Positions 36,201-44,822 of a DNA stretch of 64,000 nucleotides are shown in pieces; position 1 is the first letter of the stretch, and each line of letters starts with the position of its first letter. This DNA comes from Methanobacteriota archaeon (GTDB taxonomy: Archaea > Thermoplasmatota > Poseidoniia > Poseidoniales > Poseidoniaceae). The position numbers and the translations under genes were made by a program. The notes beneath the pieces are model-generated. The model made no database searches. It was not told the DNA's origin and saw nothing but the letters and a program-made list of their open reading frames with translations. The DNA lies in NCBI GenBank assembly GCA_018662825.1, contig JABJFI010000065.1, positions 4,223 to 68,222 on the forward strand, read 5' to 3'.

Positions 36201-37456
36201 AAACCATCGTTGCCCTCCACATTGGATTCATGTTTAGTCTTTTGATTGGAATGGGTTATGAAGAAATATTCGATGAGTTTTCTATGGCATTTTCATGGAG
36301 TGCTTTGCTTACAGCATGTTCAGCCCTCACATTTACCTTAATGGACGGCAAAGATTTGCTTTTCAAGTATGCTTCAAAAGAAAACGAGAATGAATTGGAA
36401 CAAGAGAAAAAGGAGGTAATTGTCAATACGCTCTACATTACCACATATGTATTCTTCATTCTCAGCTTTGAGGCATTACTGGGATTAGGAACACTGGCTG
36501 GTGCGGTTTTACTTACGCGTGATATTATTACCAAAGGCTATGCAAATGCGTTATTCTTTGTGCCAGCAATTCATGCAATTGCACTAGCAAATCTCATTAT
36601 ACAGTTGGATATAGATTCAATTCCAATCGGCATTCCAATAGGGTTATTCCTGTTGATAGAAGGAATAAGCATATCCTGGCTCTCTTTACAAAACGACAAA
36701 ATGTATGAGTTCAAATTCTTTGATTGGAACAACGATGAAGAATTCCTCGATTTCCTTGACAGATTAGGAATGGCAGGTGTCTTGAGTGCGCTTGCTGGTA
36801 TATTCTTCACCTTTGGTGAACTCGATCAATGGTCTCTTGCTTGGATGCTCACCACTGTAGTTCTTATCGCAATTGGCATCCAGGGTTATGCACCAGAGCA
36901 TGAAGCAAGATGGAGACGCATTTTCGGTGGCTACGGTTCAATTCTATCCTTTGTGGCCTTCAGCATAGATATTGACAGCACAACGATGCAAGCACTTTCA
37001 TTTGTTGGTGTCGGTTTGATTGCATTGGGTTGGGGATTCCTAACAATGCAAAGGTTAGACGATGATGATGGAATTTATGAAGTGCCGGAAGGTCAACATC
37101 AAGTACCTCAAGCAACTGTTCAACAAACCTCTTTATTGGCTAAAATTCCTGAACCTGTTCTTGAAGAGGTTCCCGAAGTTGTTGAAGAAGACGAAGAGGT
37201 TCCCGAAGTTGTTGAAGAAGACGAAGAGGTTCCCGAAGTTGTTGAAGAAGACGAAGAGGTTCCCGAAGTTGTTGAAGAAGTATCCATTCCAATGCCAGAA
37301 ACAATTTCAACCACGCAAGGATTTGAAATCAGACTCCCTCCAGGGAAACTAGAAGCGATTTTGAAGTCGATAGCAATGACGCCACATGAAGGTTACAAAC
37401 CTGTAGTCGGATTGAATTCAAATGGCCAAATAGTCATCGACTGGGTCAGTATTTGA
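33290..37456 (+). CDS. very large polytopic membrane protein (about 1390 aa) with acidic repeat tail
   Basis: Continuous ORF with dozens of hydrophobic helices by eye. Start placed at the first ATG (33290); the track start 33218 is TTG and abuts the divergent protease start. The C-terminus has 4x EEVPEVVEED. No family recognised. Confidence 0.8.
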   Translation: MNGSIIKASLQIVTLIDMAAPRRSAPRRMNVQTQGLLAKANIPTTTDSIFTDSKPTEQPMVIRAPGDPISNSNRAMMKFSQLIMMCIALAAIWGGLFQIAFADDATNSDFLILFLGGLLSAGIAIGWIEAQSKKNDHVLYEVQDYMLGIGFFFATVGTIWGSRWVIGFVTGEGWTELFGSAAEFNAKGWIDGDTGIWVDWHPNAKAIYVQTAAMLALIFAEIQLLKRFKGATGFGRAVAAYAPILVLLAAGMGPWMKWTDNIISYEMGLSLILLCFAAMEMALRSNKALNFVVVAVVSGFIPIIFEVFNTNAESNGAGGAISLLIFIIAIQGYYASRQELRSELIQKASIVLVGEIVFAMYIARIENLNLHLGPIKSTELGIENIFGLSVALWVAVLIFYFPAVQQRRVPWMPIGLAAALVMLPNDGSMVPWAITLLMVPYMLFIAKATRRWVADYTFSALALAYFFTDLFANFNNTPLSETFGFDGMQVIIPIALFCISEFARQNDKISPWTHLVMLGSLVLSRTILQAEDWFMPWIFIAYMLYLSRSTFSRLSMESPWEEKMQATLVSVIAFVSMTILALLDRIEVPASLEQIPLPEYFNYQIFIIGALGYWALYASREIELDLGLLFNWTKRFAISAPLYDPETNSWNVANAGEVSEREDWVEKNSWSQLTRISLLIPFFMMSFSLITMVNPWGNEFDWDGAESLITYPWALLLLFPIIGLVLEIKNMEIISSVVRSAGVWVLFTIALPLSVSFNILRSEMQFLEEYQDTTWVPIPIMYDIILLSAPLYVNWLITKRGIDEDHLSVNADAWAMLGLLGLACLDTSGGLLIISMLGLVTVRCVKHRHVWPLMLSPIALFIVNSHWLDSAGIARYIIEMTNPSTYDFAEYGFLSLTQLGGIFITLQMVYVLIMDNKYVQQSENGREPMPWFGVWGWALVGVISASSSVGWIPAILFAYLIINSWMSGKLETIVALHIGFMFSLLIGMGYEEIFDEFSMAFSWSALLTACSALTFTLMDGKDLLFKYASKENENELEQEKKEVIVNTLYITTYVFFILSFEALLGLGTLAGAVLLTRDIITKGYANALFFVPAIHAIALANLIIQLDIDSIPIGIPIGLFLLIEGISISWLSLQNDKMYEFKFFDWNNDEEFLDFLDRLGMAGVLSALAGIFFTFGELDQWSLAWMLTTVVLIAIGIQGYAPEHEARWRRIFGGYGSILSFVAFSIDIDSTTMQALSFVGVGLIALGWGFLTMQRLDDDDGIYEVPEGQHQVPQATVQQTSLLAKIPEPVLEEVPEVVEEDEEVPEVVEEDEEVPEVVEEDEEVPEVVEEVSIPMPETISTTQGFEIRLPPGKLEAILKSIAMTPHEGYKPVVGLNSNGQIVIDWVSI
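37163..37280 (+). repeat. perfect 30-bp tandem repeat, 3.9 copies (gaagaggttcccgaagttgttgaagaagac), in frame
   Basis: Counted directly. The copies at 37163, 37193 and 37223 are identical, and the fourth matches for 28 nt. Confidence 0.95.
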
Positions 37457-37457
37457 T

Positions 37458-38837
37458 TTAATTCAAACGGCGCTCAACACCTTCTGTATTCACCAAATAC
37501 CGCTCGCCGAATACATCTGGTGTAGAGGGATAAGCATTCCAATACGCTTCTCGCATTTCTTGATTGGCATCCATACAAACCACAACATCACTCGGCCTTT
37601 GGCCAAGTTCTGATGTTTGATTGAGATGGGCAATCATCGGTTCAATATTGGAAAGATTTACCAATCCCCAACCAGTTTGTGTGCAAGGAGCTACTGGAGA
37701 AATCGGCATTGTTCCTGATGTTGGGTCCCATCCCATTTCGGGATACCATGCCGAGCGGTTGAGTGCCTCGCGAACATCAGCATTTGAAATTATGAAGGAG
37801 TTCCCATCACTGTCTGTTCCGTTAACCAACATCCCTTGACGCAAATCAGGAGATGCACCTGCGCCATAGTCATTAAATTCAAAACGTAAAGATTCCAAAA
37901 CAAAGGAAAGAATGCCCGCAGTCCTAGGTGTAGCAAATGAGGTCCCAGATGTTTCATGGTAACCATCAATATCATCGTGGTTAGGGAGGTATTGCGTCCA
38001 ATCCGCAGATATATCTGGGTAAGAACCAGACATGATTTCTTTTTGGTCATCACCTTCTTCAGCATATCCTGCAATACCAATCGACCAAGGAGGCCCAGCA
38101 GTAGAATCTTGTATGGCTGGTGAAGGGCTATTATCGGCAGCACCAGTATGCATTTTCCCTTGCTCAACGACCGCAATTTCAGTTCCTCGTTCAATACCGG
38201 AAACTGGCACCGAGCCCGGCGCTCCAAAAGATGTCGTGATGACATCGACAAGAGGTTGATTGGCTGCAGCAAGAACTGCTTCGGTACTAAACCCTTCGAC
38301 AAAAAAGATGACTGCTTGGGGGTTTGCATTCAGAACAGCCCCTGTTACCGCAGAACCGTGCCCATCACTTGGGTCATCCAAAATCAAAATATCACTGTCG
38401 CCATCTGGTGATGTGCCAATGATTTTTGTTCCAGGGAAGTAAACGATGTCACTAGCCGTCAAGGAGTTCCAACATGACTCTTTGTCAGTATCATAACGTT
38501 CCTGCCAAGTTCCATCGAAAGTCAACTCGCAAATTTTGTTCACGCCAAGTTCATCTAACAACCAAGATGGATAGGTGTCATTGGTTCTAAAGTGGTCGTG
38601 ATAGACGTTGATTCCTGTGTCAACTGGGGCAACAACTGAAAAGGCTCGCCAGCCATCGTTTTCAATCGTTTCTTGCCCCGGTGATTGAGGTGATGAGTCG
38701 CCGGTTAACGCTAGAGCAAAGAATGAAAATATCAGCAAAAAAGTGAGGATTCCTACTGCAATAAGGGCTCTCGGTTCCATTACAAACGCGGCATCCAAAG
38801 GTGCTAGAATCACCTCGGAATCAGCCTCATCCGCCAT
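37458..38837 (-). CDS. subtilisin-like serine protease (peptidase S8), signal-anchored
   Basis: VAPVDTGINVYH, SDGHGSAVTG and SGTSFATP triad contexts, with an N-terminal anchor LIAVGILTFLLIFSFFALAL. Confidence 0.85.
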   Translation of the reverse strand: MADEADSEVILAPLDAAFVMEPRALIAVGILTFLLIFSFFALALTGDSSPQSPGQETIENDGWRAFSVVAPVDTGINVYHDHFRTNDTYPSWLLDELGVNKICELTFDGTWQERYDTDKESCWNSLTASDIVYFPGTKIIGTSPDGDSDILILDDPSDGHGSAVTGAVLNANPQAVIFFVEGFSTEAVLAAANQPLVDVITTSFGAPGSVPVSGIERGTEIAVVEQGKMHTGAADNSPSPAIQDSTAGPPWSIGIAGYAEEGDDQKEIMSGSYPDISADWTQYLPNHDDIDGYHETSGTSFATPRTAGILSFVLESLRFEFNDYGAGASPDLRQGMLVNGTDSDGNSFIISNADVREALNRSAWYPEMGWDPTSGTMPISPVAPCTQTGWGLVNLSNIEPMIAHLNQTSELGQRPSDVVVCMDANQEMREAYWNAYPSTPDVFGERYLVNTEGVERRLN

Positions 38838-38906
38838 AGTCGCCCCTCCAAAGAGGACTTCATAACCCTACGCCCAATTGAAAAACCCCCACCTCTTGGC
38901 GAAAAC

Positions 38907-39452
38907 ATGGGTGAAAGTAACGAACGCTTGGTTTGGATTGACCTTGAAATGACTGGATTGGATATAACAAGAGAATCAATCATTGAAATTGCAACCGTTG
39001 TTACCGATGGTGAACTCAACATCCTTGCCACTGGGCCGAATCTCGCTGTATCCGTGTCTGAAGAACTCTTAGCAGGCATGGATGAATGGAATACCTCTCA
39101 TCATACAGCAAGCGGATTGGTTGAACGTGTTCGAACTGCAAGTGTTTCGTGTCAACAAGCAGAAACCGAAACTTTGGATTTTCTCAAAGAATGGGTGCCT
39201 CATGGCTCTGCTCCATTGTGCGGGAACAGTGTATGGAATGACAAAAAATTCATGGAAAAGGAAATGCCACTTCTTGTTGATTTCCTGCATTATCGAATGA
39301 TAGATGTTTCGACAGTCAAAGAATTATCTCGGAGATGGTATCCTGAAGCCGGCCGATACGAAAAGAAAGGTGCTCACTTAGCATTGGATGATATTCTTGA
39401 ATCAATTGAAGAACTACGCTATTTTAGAGAACGGATTTTCTTACAAAAGTAA
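38907..39452 (+). CDS. orn: oligoribonuclease
   Basis: Close full-length resemblance to E. coli Orn, recalled from memory: LVWIDLEMTGLD, IIEIATVVTD, HTASGLVERV, CGNSVWNDKKF, HYRMIDVSTVKEL and HLALDDILESIEELRYFRE. Confidence 0.9.
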   Translation: MGESNERLVWIDLEMTGLDITRESIIEIATVVTDGELNILATGPNLAVSVSEELLAGMDEWNTSHHTASGLVERVRTASVSCQQAETETLDFLKEWVPHGSAPLCGNSVWNDKKFMEKEMPLLVDFLHYRMIDVSTVKELSRRWYPEAGRYEKKGAHLALDDILESIEELRYFRERIFLQK

Positions 39453-40343
39453 TCATGTTCGCCAAGTAGGTGCATCTGCATCGACTCCTTTGTATGAAGC
39501 CATGATTTGAGCAACTACTGCAATGGCTATTTCTTCGGGTGACTCAGCACCAATATTCAATCCAATAGGGCAAAGAACTGCATCTAATATCGACTGTCCA
39601 ATTCCCTGCTCTAGACATGTTTTTTCAAAAGCTTGCCATTTTGAACGACTACCAATTACACCAATACGAGGGCCTTGTTGTCCATCTGGGATGATATTTT
39701 CTTCATCAAAGAGATGGAGAAGGCCTAGCAAACGTTCTTGATCCTCGCCCCAATCATGTCCGAGAAGTAATACATCTGAAAATCGACGAAGAGTCTCGAT
39801 ACTTTCTGCTTGAAGAAAGTCGGAAACAGAAATGGATGACAGTTGTTCAGCATTTGGGTACATTTTGGCTGAAGAATATTCAGTTCGAGTATCATGAACA
39901 GAATGATGCCATCCCAAAGCATCCAATGTTTTCACAATTGCTTGACCGCAATGACCTCCTCCCATCAATAGCACATGTGGCATTGGAATCATCACCTCAA
40001 TTGCAAGCGTTACTTGACCGCCGCATAGTGAATCAAGCGGTGTTACTTGATAGCCCTTCGCCCCTTTGTTCAAGCCATATCGTAAAACTTCTCCAAATGG
40101 ATGAAATTGAGTTGTTAGATGTTCTCTGCACCGTTGAAGTACTTGCATTTCCAAACCAGCGCCACCGACAGTTCCGAACCATTGTTCATCAGAAGCCATA
40201 GCCAAGCGGGCACCAACTTTACCTGGAACGCTTCCTGTTGTTTCAACAACGCTGGCAAGAACGACTCGATGACCCAATACAAGACGGGAAAGGGCCCAAG
40301 CCATCACCGTCGCAGTCATGTCCACCGCTCGAGGCGGTGACAC
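39453..40343 (-). CDS. XdhC/CoxI-family Mo-enzyme maturation protein
   Basis: VVETTGSVPGKVGARL in the N-domain and LLMGGGHCGQAIVKTLDALGW in a Rossmann-like C-domain. Confidence 0.8.
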   Translation of the reverse strand: MSPPRAVDMTATVMAWALSRLVLGHRVVLASVVETTGSVPGKVGARLAMASDEQWFGTVGGAGLEMQVLQRCREHLTTQFHPFGEVLRYGLNKGAKGYQVTPLDSLCGGQVTLAIEVMIPMPHVLLMGGGHCGQAIVKTLDALGWHHSVHDTRTEYSSAKMYPNAEQLSSISVSDFLQAESIETLRRFSDVLLLGHDWGEDQERLLGLLHLFDEENIIPDGQQGPRIGVIGSRSKWQAFEKTCLEQGIGQSILDAVLCPIGLNIGAESPEEIAIAVVAQIMASYKGVDADAPTWRT

Positions 40344-40373
40344 ATACCCTTTGCCCTATGAGTTTCAGCCTGT

Positions 40374-40958
40374 TTACAACAAAGAGGTTTCATGTATTTT
40401 CAAGAGTTCCAAATCTTTGGGATGATCAATATTCAATCCAAGAAGAGGAGCATTAACATTTACTTCATCGAAAGAAATCAATTCGCGCAATGATGTATTA
40501 GGCGGTGCTGCAAGAACCGTTTGAATCGCATCATGTTCCAAGAGCAAGGGGTGGCCTCGTCGACCGTTTGATGAAAGGGTGGAACTTGTTTTAGCCAATA
40601 GAAGCTTTTTGATATGCTCTATTGCCCATCCTGGGCGATCAACAGGGGCGATGATAACTCGTTTTGGCATTCGCCCCTTATCACCGGCTAGAGACATTAT
40701 GCCGCATTGAATACTTCCGGTTCTTCCTTCTTCAGGTGCGGAGTTCACAATCACGGTTGAACCAAGAGTCGCTTGCATTATTTGAACTGAATGTTCAGTT
40801 CGAGTGACGATGAGGACTGGTGAACAACCTGCTTTTACTAATTTTTGATAGGCAATTCCAACTAAGGTTGAGTCACCGACTTCAACTAATGATTTCGGTT
40901 GCCCAAGTCGCTGACTGGCTCCCGCGGCAAGAATCACAGCGGGGCAAAGTTTGGCCAT
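40374..40958 (-). CDS. MobA/MocA-like molybdenum cofactor nucleotidyltransferase
   Basis: AVILAAGASQRLGQPKSL N-terminal signature. It is adjacent to the xdhC-like gene. Confidence 0.75.
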   Translation of the reverse strand: MAKLCPAVILAAGASQRLGQPKSLVEVGDSTLVGIAYQKLVKAGCSPVLIVTRTEHSVQIMQATLGSTVIVNSAPEEGRTGSIQCGIMSLAGDKGRMPKRVIIAPVDRPGWAIEHIKKLLLAKTSSTLSSNGRRGHPLLLEHDAIQTVLAAPPNTSLRELISFDEVNVNAPLLGLNIDHPKDLELLKIHETSLL

Positions 40959-41024
40959 ATTCCCAATTCAAAGTCACAGGTTTTGTTCTTTGCTCTTGAT
41001 ATATACTCGATTTGCTCGGTGCGT

Positions 41025-41774
41025 ATGTCGAAAGGAAATTACCGTATGTCAGAGCCCGAACTACGTTCTGTTGGGATGTTGCAGTCGGTTGTAAAAGAAA
41101 ATTCAAATGTCGAAATTGTAATTTTGACCCATGAGTACATCAAAGTTCGAGTTCAAGGTGAGTCAAACAGATGGTACCAAATCGAATCTCGATACCAAGG
41201 TGAGGACATTGATATCTTTATTTCCCAACAACCAGAATGGTCACTTTCGGTAACAGCTGCAAGGTGGCAAAACGATGTTATTTCTGAGAACAATTATTCT
41301 GTAGACCTTTGTTTGCATCCCAAAAATCAGCAATTGCCAATCGGTGACCGAATCGTTTCGCTTGTATTAGCATTGTACAATGATATCAAAACTGCACTGG
41401 AAATTCCTATGCTTGCTCAATTCATCGTCTGTAAACGTGAGATGCTGAAAGAGATTGTTATCTTTCAAGACACCATGATTGTCACTCAAGAAATGGTCAT
41501 GGAAGACCATTGGCCTTTCGAAGAGGATATAGATGAACAAGAAGAGACGGATGATGAGGAAGAAATGGAGATGTATGAGGCCTTTGAAAGAGATATCTTT
41601 GGTGTTTCATCCAACGAAATGGCAGCCCTTCATAAATCATGGGAGGACGAAATTATTGAGATTAGTGAATCGCAAAAGCGAGAAATCGAAGATGATTTTG
41701 AAAGGCAAGAACGAGAGAAACAGGAAGTTATCGATTTCTGGGAAGGAATGTCCGATAAACTGCTTGATAAGTAA
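41025..41774 (+). CDS. hypothetical acidic protein
   Basis: Start moved to ATG 41025 to avoid overlap with the divergent mocA-like gene. The C-terminal third is strongly acidic (DIDEQEETDDEEEMEMYE). No family recognised. Confidence 0.55.
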   Translation: MSKGNYRMSEPELRSVGMLQSVVKENSNVEIVILTHEYIKVRVQGESNRWYQIESRYQGEDIDIFISQQPEWSLSVTAARWQNDVISENNYSVDLCLHPKNQQLPIGDRIVSLVLALYNDIKTALEIPMLAQFIVCKREMLKEIVIFQDTMIVTQEMVMEDHWPFEEDIDEQEETDDEEEMEMYEAFERDIFGVSSNEMAALHKSWEDEIIEISESQKREIEDDFERQEREKQEVIDFWEGMSDKLLDK

Positions 41775-42923
41775 TTACAAATCCTTGGTAATCTCTCGCC
41801 CAATTATCATTCGCTGAACTTGTGAAGACCCTTCATAGATTTGCATGACCTTTGCTGCTCGCATTAGGCGGGCGACTGGATACTCTTCGGAATAGCCATA
41901 TCCACCATAGACTTGCACAGCATCGGTAGAAACTTCCATGGCAGTATCTGCAGCAAATCTCTTTGCATGGGCTGCGGATTCAGTATTTTGAAGACCTGCA
42001 TCTGAATCTGCTGCTGACCTCCATGTCAGCAATCTTGAAGCTTCGATTTTAGTTTTCATATCAGCCAACATAAATTGGATGGCTTGATGACGATGAAGGG
42101 GTTTTCCAAAAGTTGACCTCTCGCCAGAATATTGTAGCGCGTGCTCGTAGGCTGCACGAGCAAGTCCCGTTGCATGCGCAGCAATGTTAGGCCGGCTCAT
42201 GTCGAAGGCTTTCATAGCGTTCATCCACCCGCCGGATTCTGAACCGCCGATCAATTGGTCTGCAGAAACACGAACATCGTCAAACTGAATTGAACGGGTA
42301 TCAGAACAACGTTGTCCCATATTGGTTTCCTTCTTACCAAGTGAGAAACCTTCAGCATCTTTCTCGACAATGAAACCTGACATACCTTTGTATCCAGCAT
42401 CCACATCTGTTTTTGCTAAAACAAAGAAGAAATCAGCATATCCTGCTCCAGTAATCCACATTTTGGAGCCATTGATGATATATTCATCTCCATCACGGAT
42501 TGCGCTTGTTTTACACGCTGCAACATCAGAACCAGCACCTGGCTCGGTTACGGCATAAGAAGCCAATGCCCCGTCTTCTGCGACCATTCGGAGCCATTTC
42601 TGCTTTTGTTCCTCGGTTGCGCCAGTGATAATTGGAGCACATGCAAGTGAAGTTGCATACGCAGCAGTTGCAAAACCTGGGTCTCCCCAAGCCAATTCTT
42701 CATTGACAAGTACTTCTTCCATTGAACCTAGGCCCGGACCTCCATAGTCCTCAGAAATATGAAGATTAAGCAATCCCATTTCATGGGCTGCTCGTATTGC
42801 TTCTTTGGGATAAACTGATTCTGTATCCCAGTGTTCAGCATTTGGTCGAATTTCATCAACTGCAAATTCATGGGCAAGTTCCCTCAACATCTCCTGCATT
42901 TCGTCGAGTTGGAAGTTCACCAT
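41775..42923 (-). CDS. acyl-CoA dehydrogenase
   Basis: Typical ACAD layout and motifs: YAVTEPGAGSD, KMWITGAG and QVYGGYGYSEEYPVARLMRAAKVMQIYEGSSQVQ. Confidence 0.9.
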   Translation of the reverse strand: MVNFQLDEMQEMLRELAHEFAVDEIRPNAEHWDTESVYPKEAIRAAHEMGLLNLHISEDYGGPGLGSMEEVLVNEELAWGDPGFATAAYATSLACAPIITGATEEQKQKWLRMVAEDGALASYAVTEPGAGSDVAACKTSAIRDGDEYIINGSKMWITGAGYADFFFVLAKTDVDAGYKGMSGFIVEKDAEGFSLGKKETNMGQRCSDTRSIQFDDVRVSADQLIGGSESGGWMNAMKAFDMSRPNIAAHATGLARAAYEHALQYSGERSTFGKPLHRHQAIQFMLADMKTKIEASRLLTWRSAADSDAGLQNTESAAHAKRFAADTAMEVSTDAVQVYGGYGYSEEYPVARLMRAAKVMQIYEGSSQVQRMIIGREITKDL

Positions 42924-42963
42924 GAAGAAGGCGAAGAAGTCGCCCCTTATCTCTTCATTGTTC

Positions 42964-44118
42964 TTAGAAGGTCAACCATGAACGATTGTATGCCTCAAGT
43001 AGCAGAATGAAGATGATGTATAAGAGAATCAATGTATATCCCTCCCATTTCTTGAATTCATATGAGGTTCTCATCATCAATAAGGCCACAAAGCATCCTA
43101 GAATAGTAAATGGAATGATGATGTAAACAATCAGTTCATACCCTGCATCTGATATAGCCAGGGGATGGACTAATCCTGCCAAACCAATAGAAAGTAAAGG
43201 GTCGGTGATATTGGAACCAATTAGTGTTCCAATGGCAACGCCTTGGCTGCGTTTTGCCGCCATCAAGGCGATAGTGAGCTCCGGTAAAGAAGTTCCAATA
43301 CCAGAAACTGTTGTTCCAACAATAGCATGAGGAACATTAAGTTCAATCGCAATAATTCGTGCATATTCAACCAAATGGTGGGCTGCAAAAACAGCAAATG
43401 CAAGCCCGAATACAACCATAATGATATACGCTGCAACGCTCCAACTAGAGCCGCGAACACCAACTTCTTCTTCGGGATCTTCTTCCTGCTGTATGACCTT
43501 TCGGTGCATCAATAACCAAGAGATATAGACGATATACAAAGTCACTAAGATTCCGGATTCCCAGCGTTGTAATGTGTGTTCAGTGAGCAAGAAAAATGTT
43601 AGAATGAGAACGGATAGTAGCATAATAAGACCATCGCGCTTCAACCATGATTCTCGTATTTTGAGACCCTTGTTGACCACGACGATACCTAAAATTAGGG
43701 TGATTTGAACAAAGATTGAACCAAGAATCCCCCCGATTGCAAAATCAGCCACTTCAGGCTTCAATGCCACATCTGCGGCAGCGGTGGTCGTAACCAAAAT
43801 TTCAGGTAATGAAGTTCCAATGGATACTATTGTCAATCCAATGACGACTTCTGGTAAACCACCTCGCCGAGCAAGTCCCTTTGCCCCTTCAATGAAAAAA
43901 TCAGCAGAATAAATCAGTAGCCCAAGGGCTAAACAAGCGATAATGAAAGTAATGGCAAAACTATCATATCCCGCTTCTGAGGAAAGAAAACGAACCGCAA
44001 TAATTCCAAGGAACAAAGACCCGGTGGTTACAAGTGTTTGAAAATGGAGAAGTTGAGCGATTCCCATCACTTTTTCCTCGGACCCCATGGGATTAACCAA
44101 CAATTGTTCCTTATTCAT
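42964..44118 (-). CDS. Na+/Ca2+ exchanger family (CaCA) membrane protein
   Basis: Two alpha-repeat motifs, GTSLPEILV and GTSLPELTI, within about 10 TM helices. Confidence 0.85.
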   Translation of the reverse strand: MNKEQLLVNPMGSEEKVMGIAQLLHFQTLVTTGSLFLGIIAVRFLSSEAGYDSFAITFIIACLALGLLIYSADFFIEGAKGLARRGGLPEVVIGLTIVSIGTSLPEILVTTTAAADVALKPEVADFAIGGILGSIFVQITLILGIVVVNKGLKIRESWLKRDGLIMLLSVLILTFFLLTEHTLQRWESGILVTLYIVYISWLLMHRKVIQQEEDPEEEVGVRGSSWSVAAYIIMVVFGLAFAVFAAHHLVEYARIIAIELNVPHAIVGTTVSGIGTSLPELTIALMAAKRSQGVAIGTLIGSNITDPLLSIGLAGLVHPLAISDAGYELIVYIIIPFTILGCFVALLMMRTSYEFKKWEGYTLILLYIIFILLLEAYNRSWLTF

Positions 44119-44171
44119 GCTTACCTCTTACTTCTCAATGAGAGTGTGTGTTTCGCAAAGAACATAACACG

Positions 44172-44822
44172 ATGGCGAAACGACGAATCATGTGGCGGAG
44201 AGGGATGGCCGAATTCTTCGGAACTGCCCTCTTGGTCGGTGTAGGTTGTGGCAGTATCGCCTTGGGTGCATCAGACATTGTTGTTTCAATATCATTTGGA
44301 ATTGCTGTGACGGTTGCCATCTTGATATTTCACCCAATAAGTGGAGCACATATCAATCCAGCCGTTTCTCTTGCCTTTTTCAGGAGTGGACACCTTGAAA
44401 AAGAGGCTTTAATTCCTTATATTATTGCTCAAATAAGTGGGGCAACAGTTGCAGCATATATCCTTCACGGCGTTGGACCAACTCAAATTATTGAAGATGT
44501 TTCATTACCCGCGGCTGGACTCATTGAGATATTCATAACTTTTTCACTTATGGCAAGTATATATTGGATTGTATTGCGTTCTCAAACGCATATCTCTATT
44601 GCTGTTTTTGTCGGTTTTGTTGTTGCACTTCTGGCATTTTTGTTTGGACCTATTACCGGTGCATCAATGAATCCTGCTCGAACATTTGGCCCCAATTTAA
44701 TCTCTGGAGAGGTTGCAAGTATTCCGTTCTATAGTTTTACCACTGCATTTGGTGCTTGCATTGCAGCAGAAATTTTTGTTCGAATGAAACTTGGAAATAC
44801 CAATGATAAGTCTCAAGATTGA
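44172..44822 (+). CDS. aquaporin / MIP-family channel
   Basis: Two NPA boxes (HINPAVS and MNPARTF) and 6 TM helices. Start placed at ATG 44172. Confidence 0.9.
   Translation: MAKRRIMWRRGMAEFFGTALLVGVGCGSIALGASDIVVSISFGIAVTVAILIFHPISGAHINPAVSLAFFRSGHLEKEALIPYIIAQISGATVAAYILHGVGPTQIIEDVSLPAAGLIEIFITFSLMASIYWIVLRSQTHISIAVFVGFVVALLAFLFGPITGASMNPARTFGPNLISGEVASIPFYSFTTAFGACIAAEIFVRMKLGNTNDKSQD

Noticed and set aside
37790-38329. 179-aa same-strand alternative-frame ORF inside the second S8 protease
   Set aside because: The protease frame carries the full Asp/His/Ser triad contexts. The alternative frame has no motifs.
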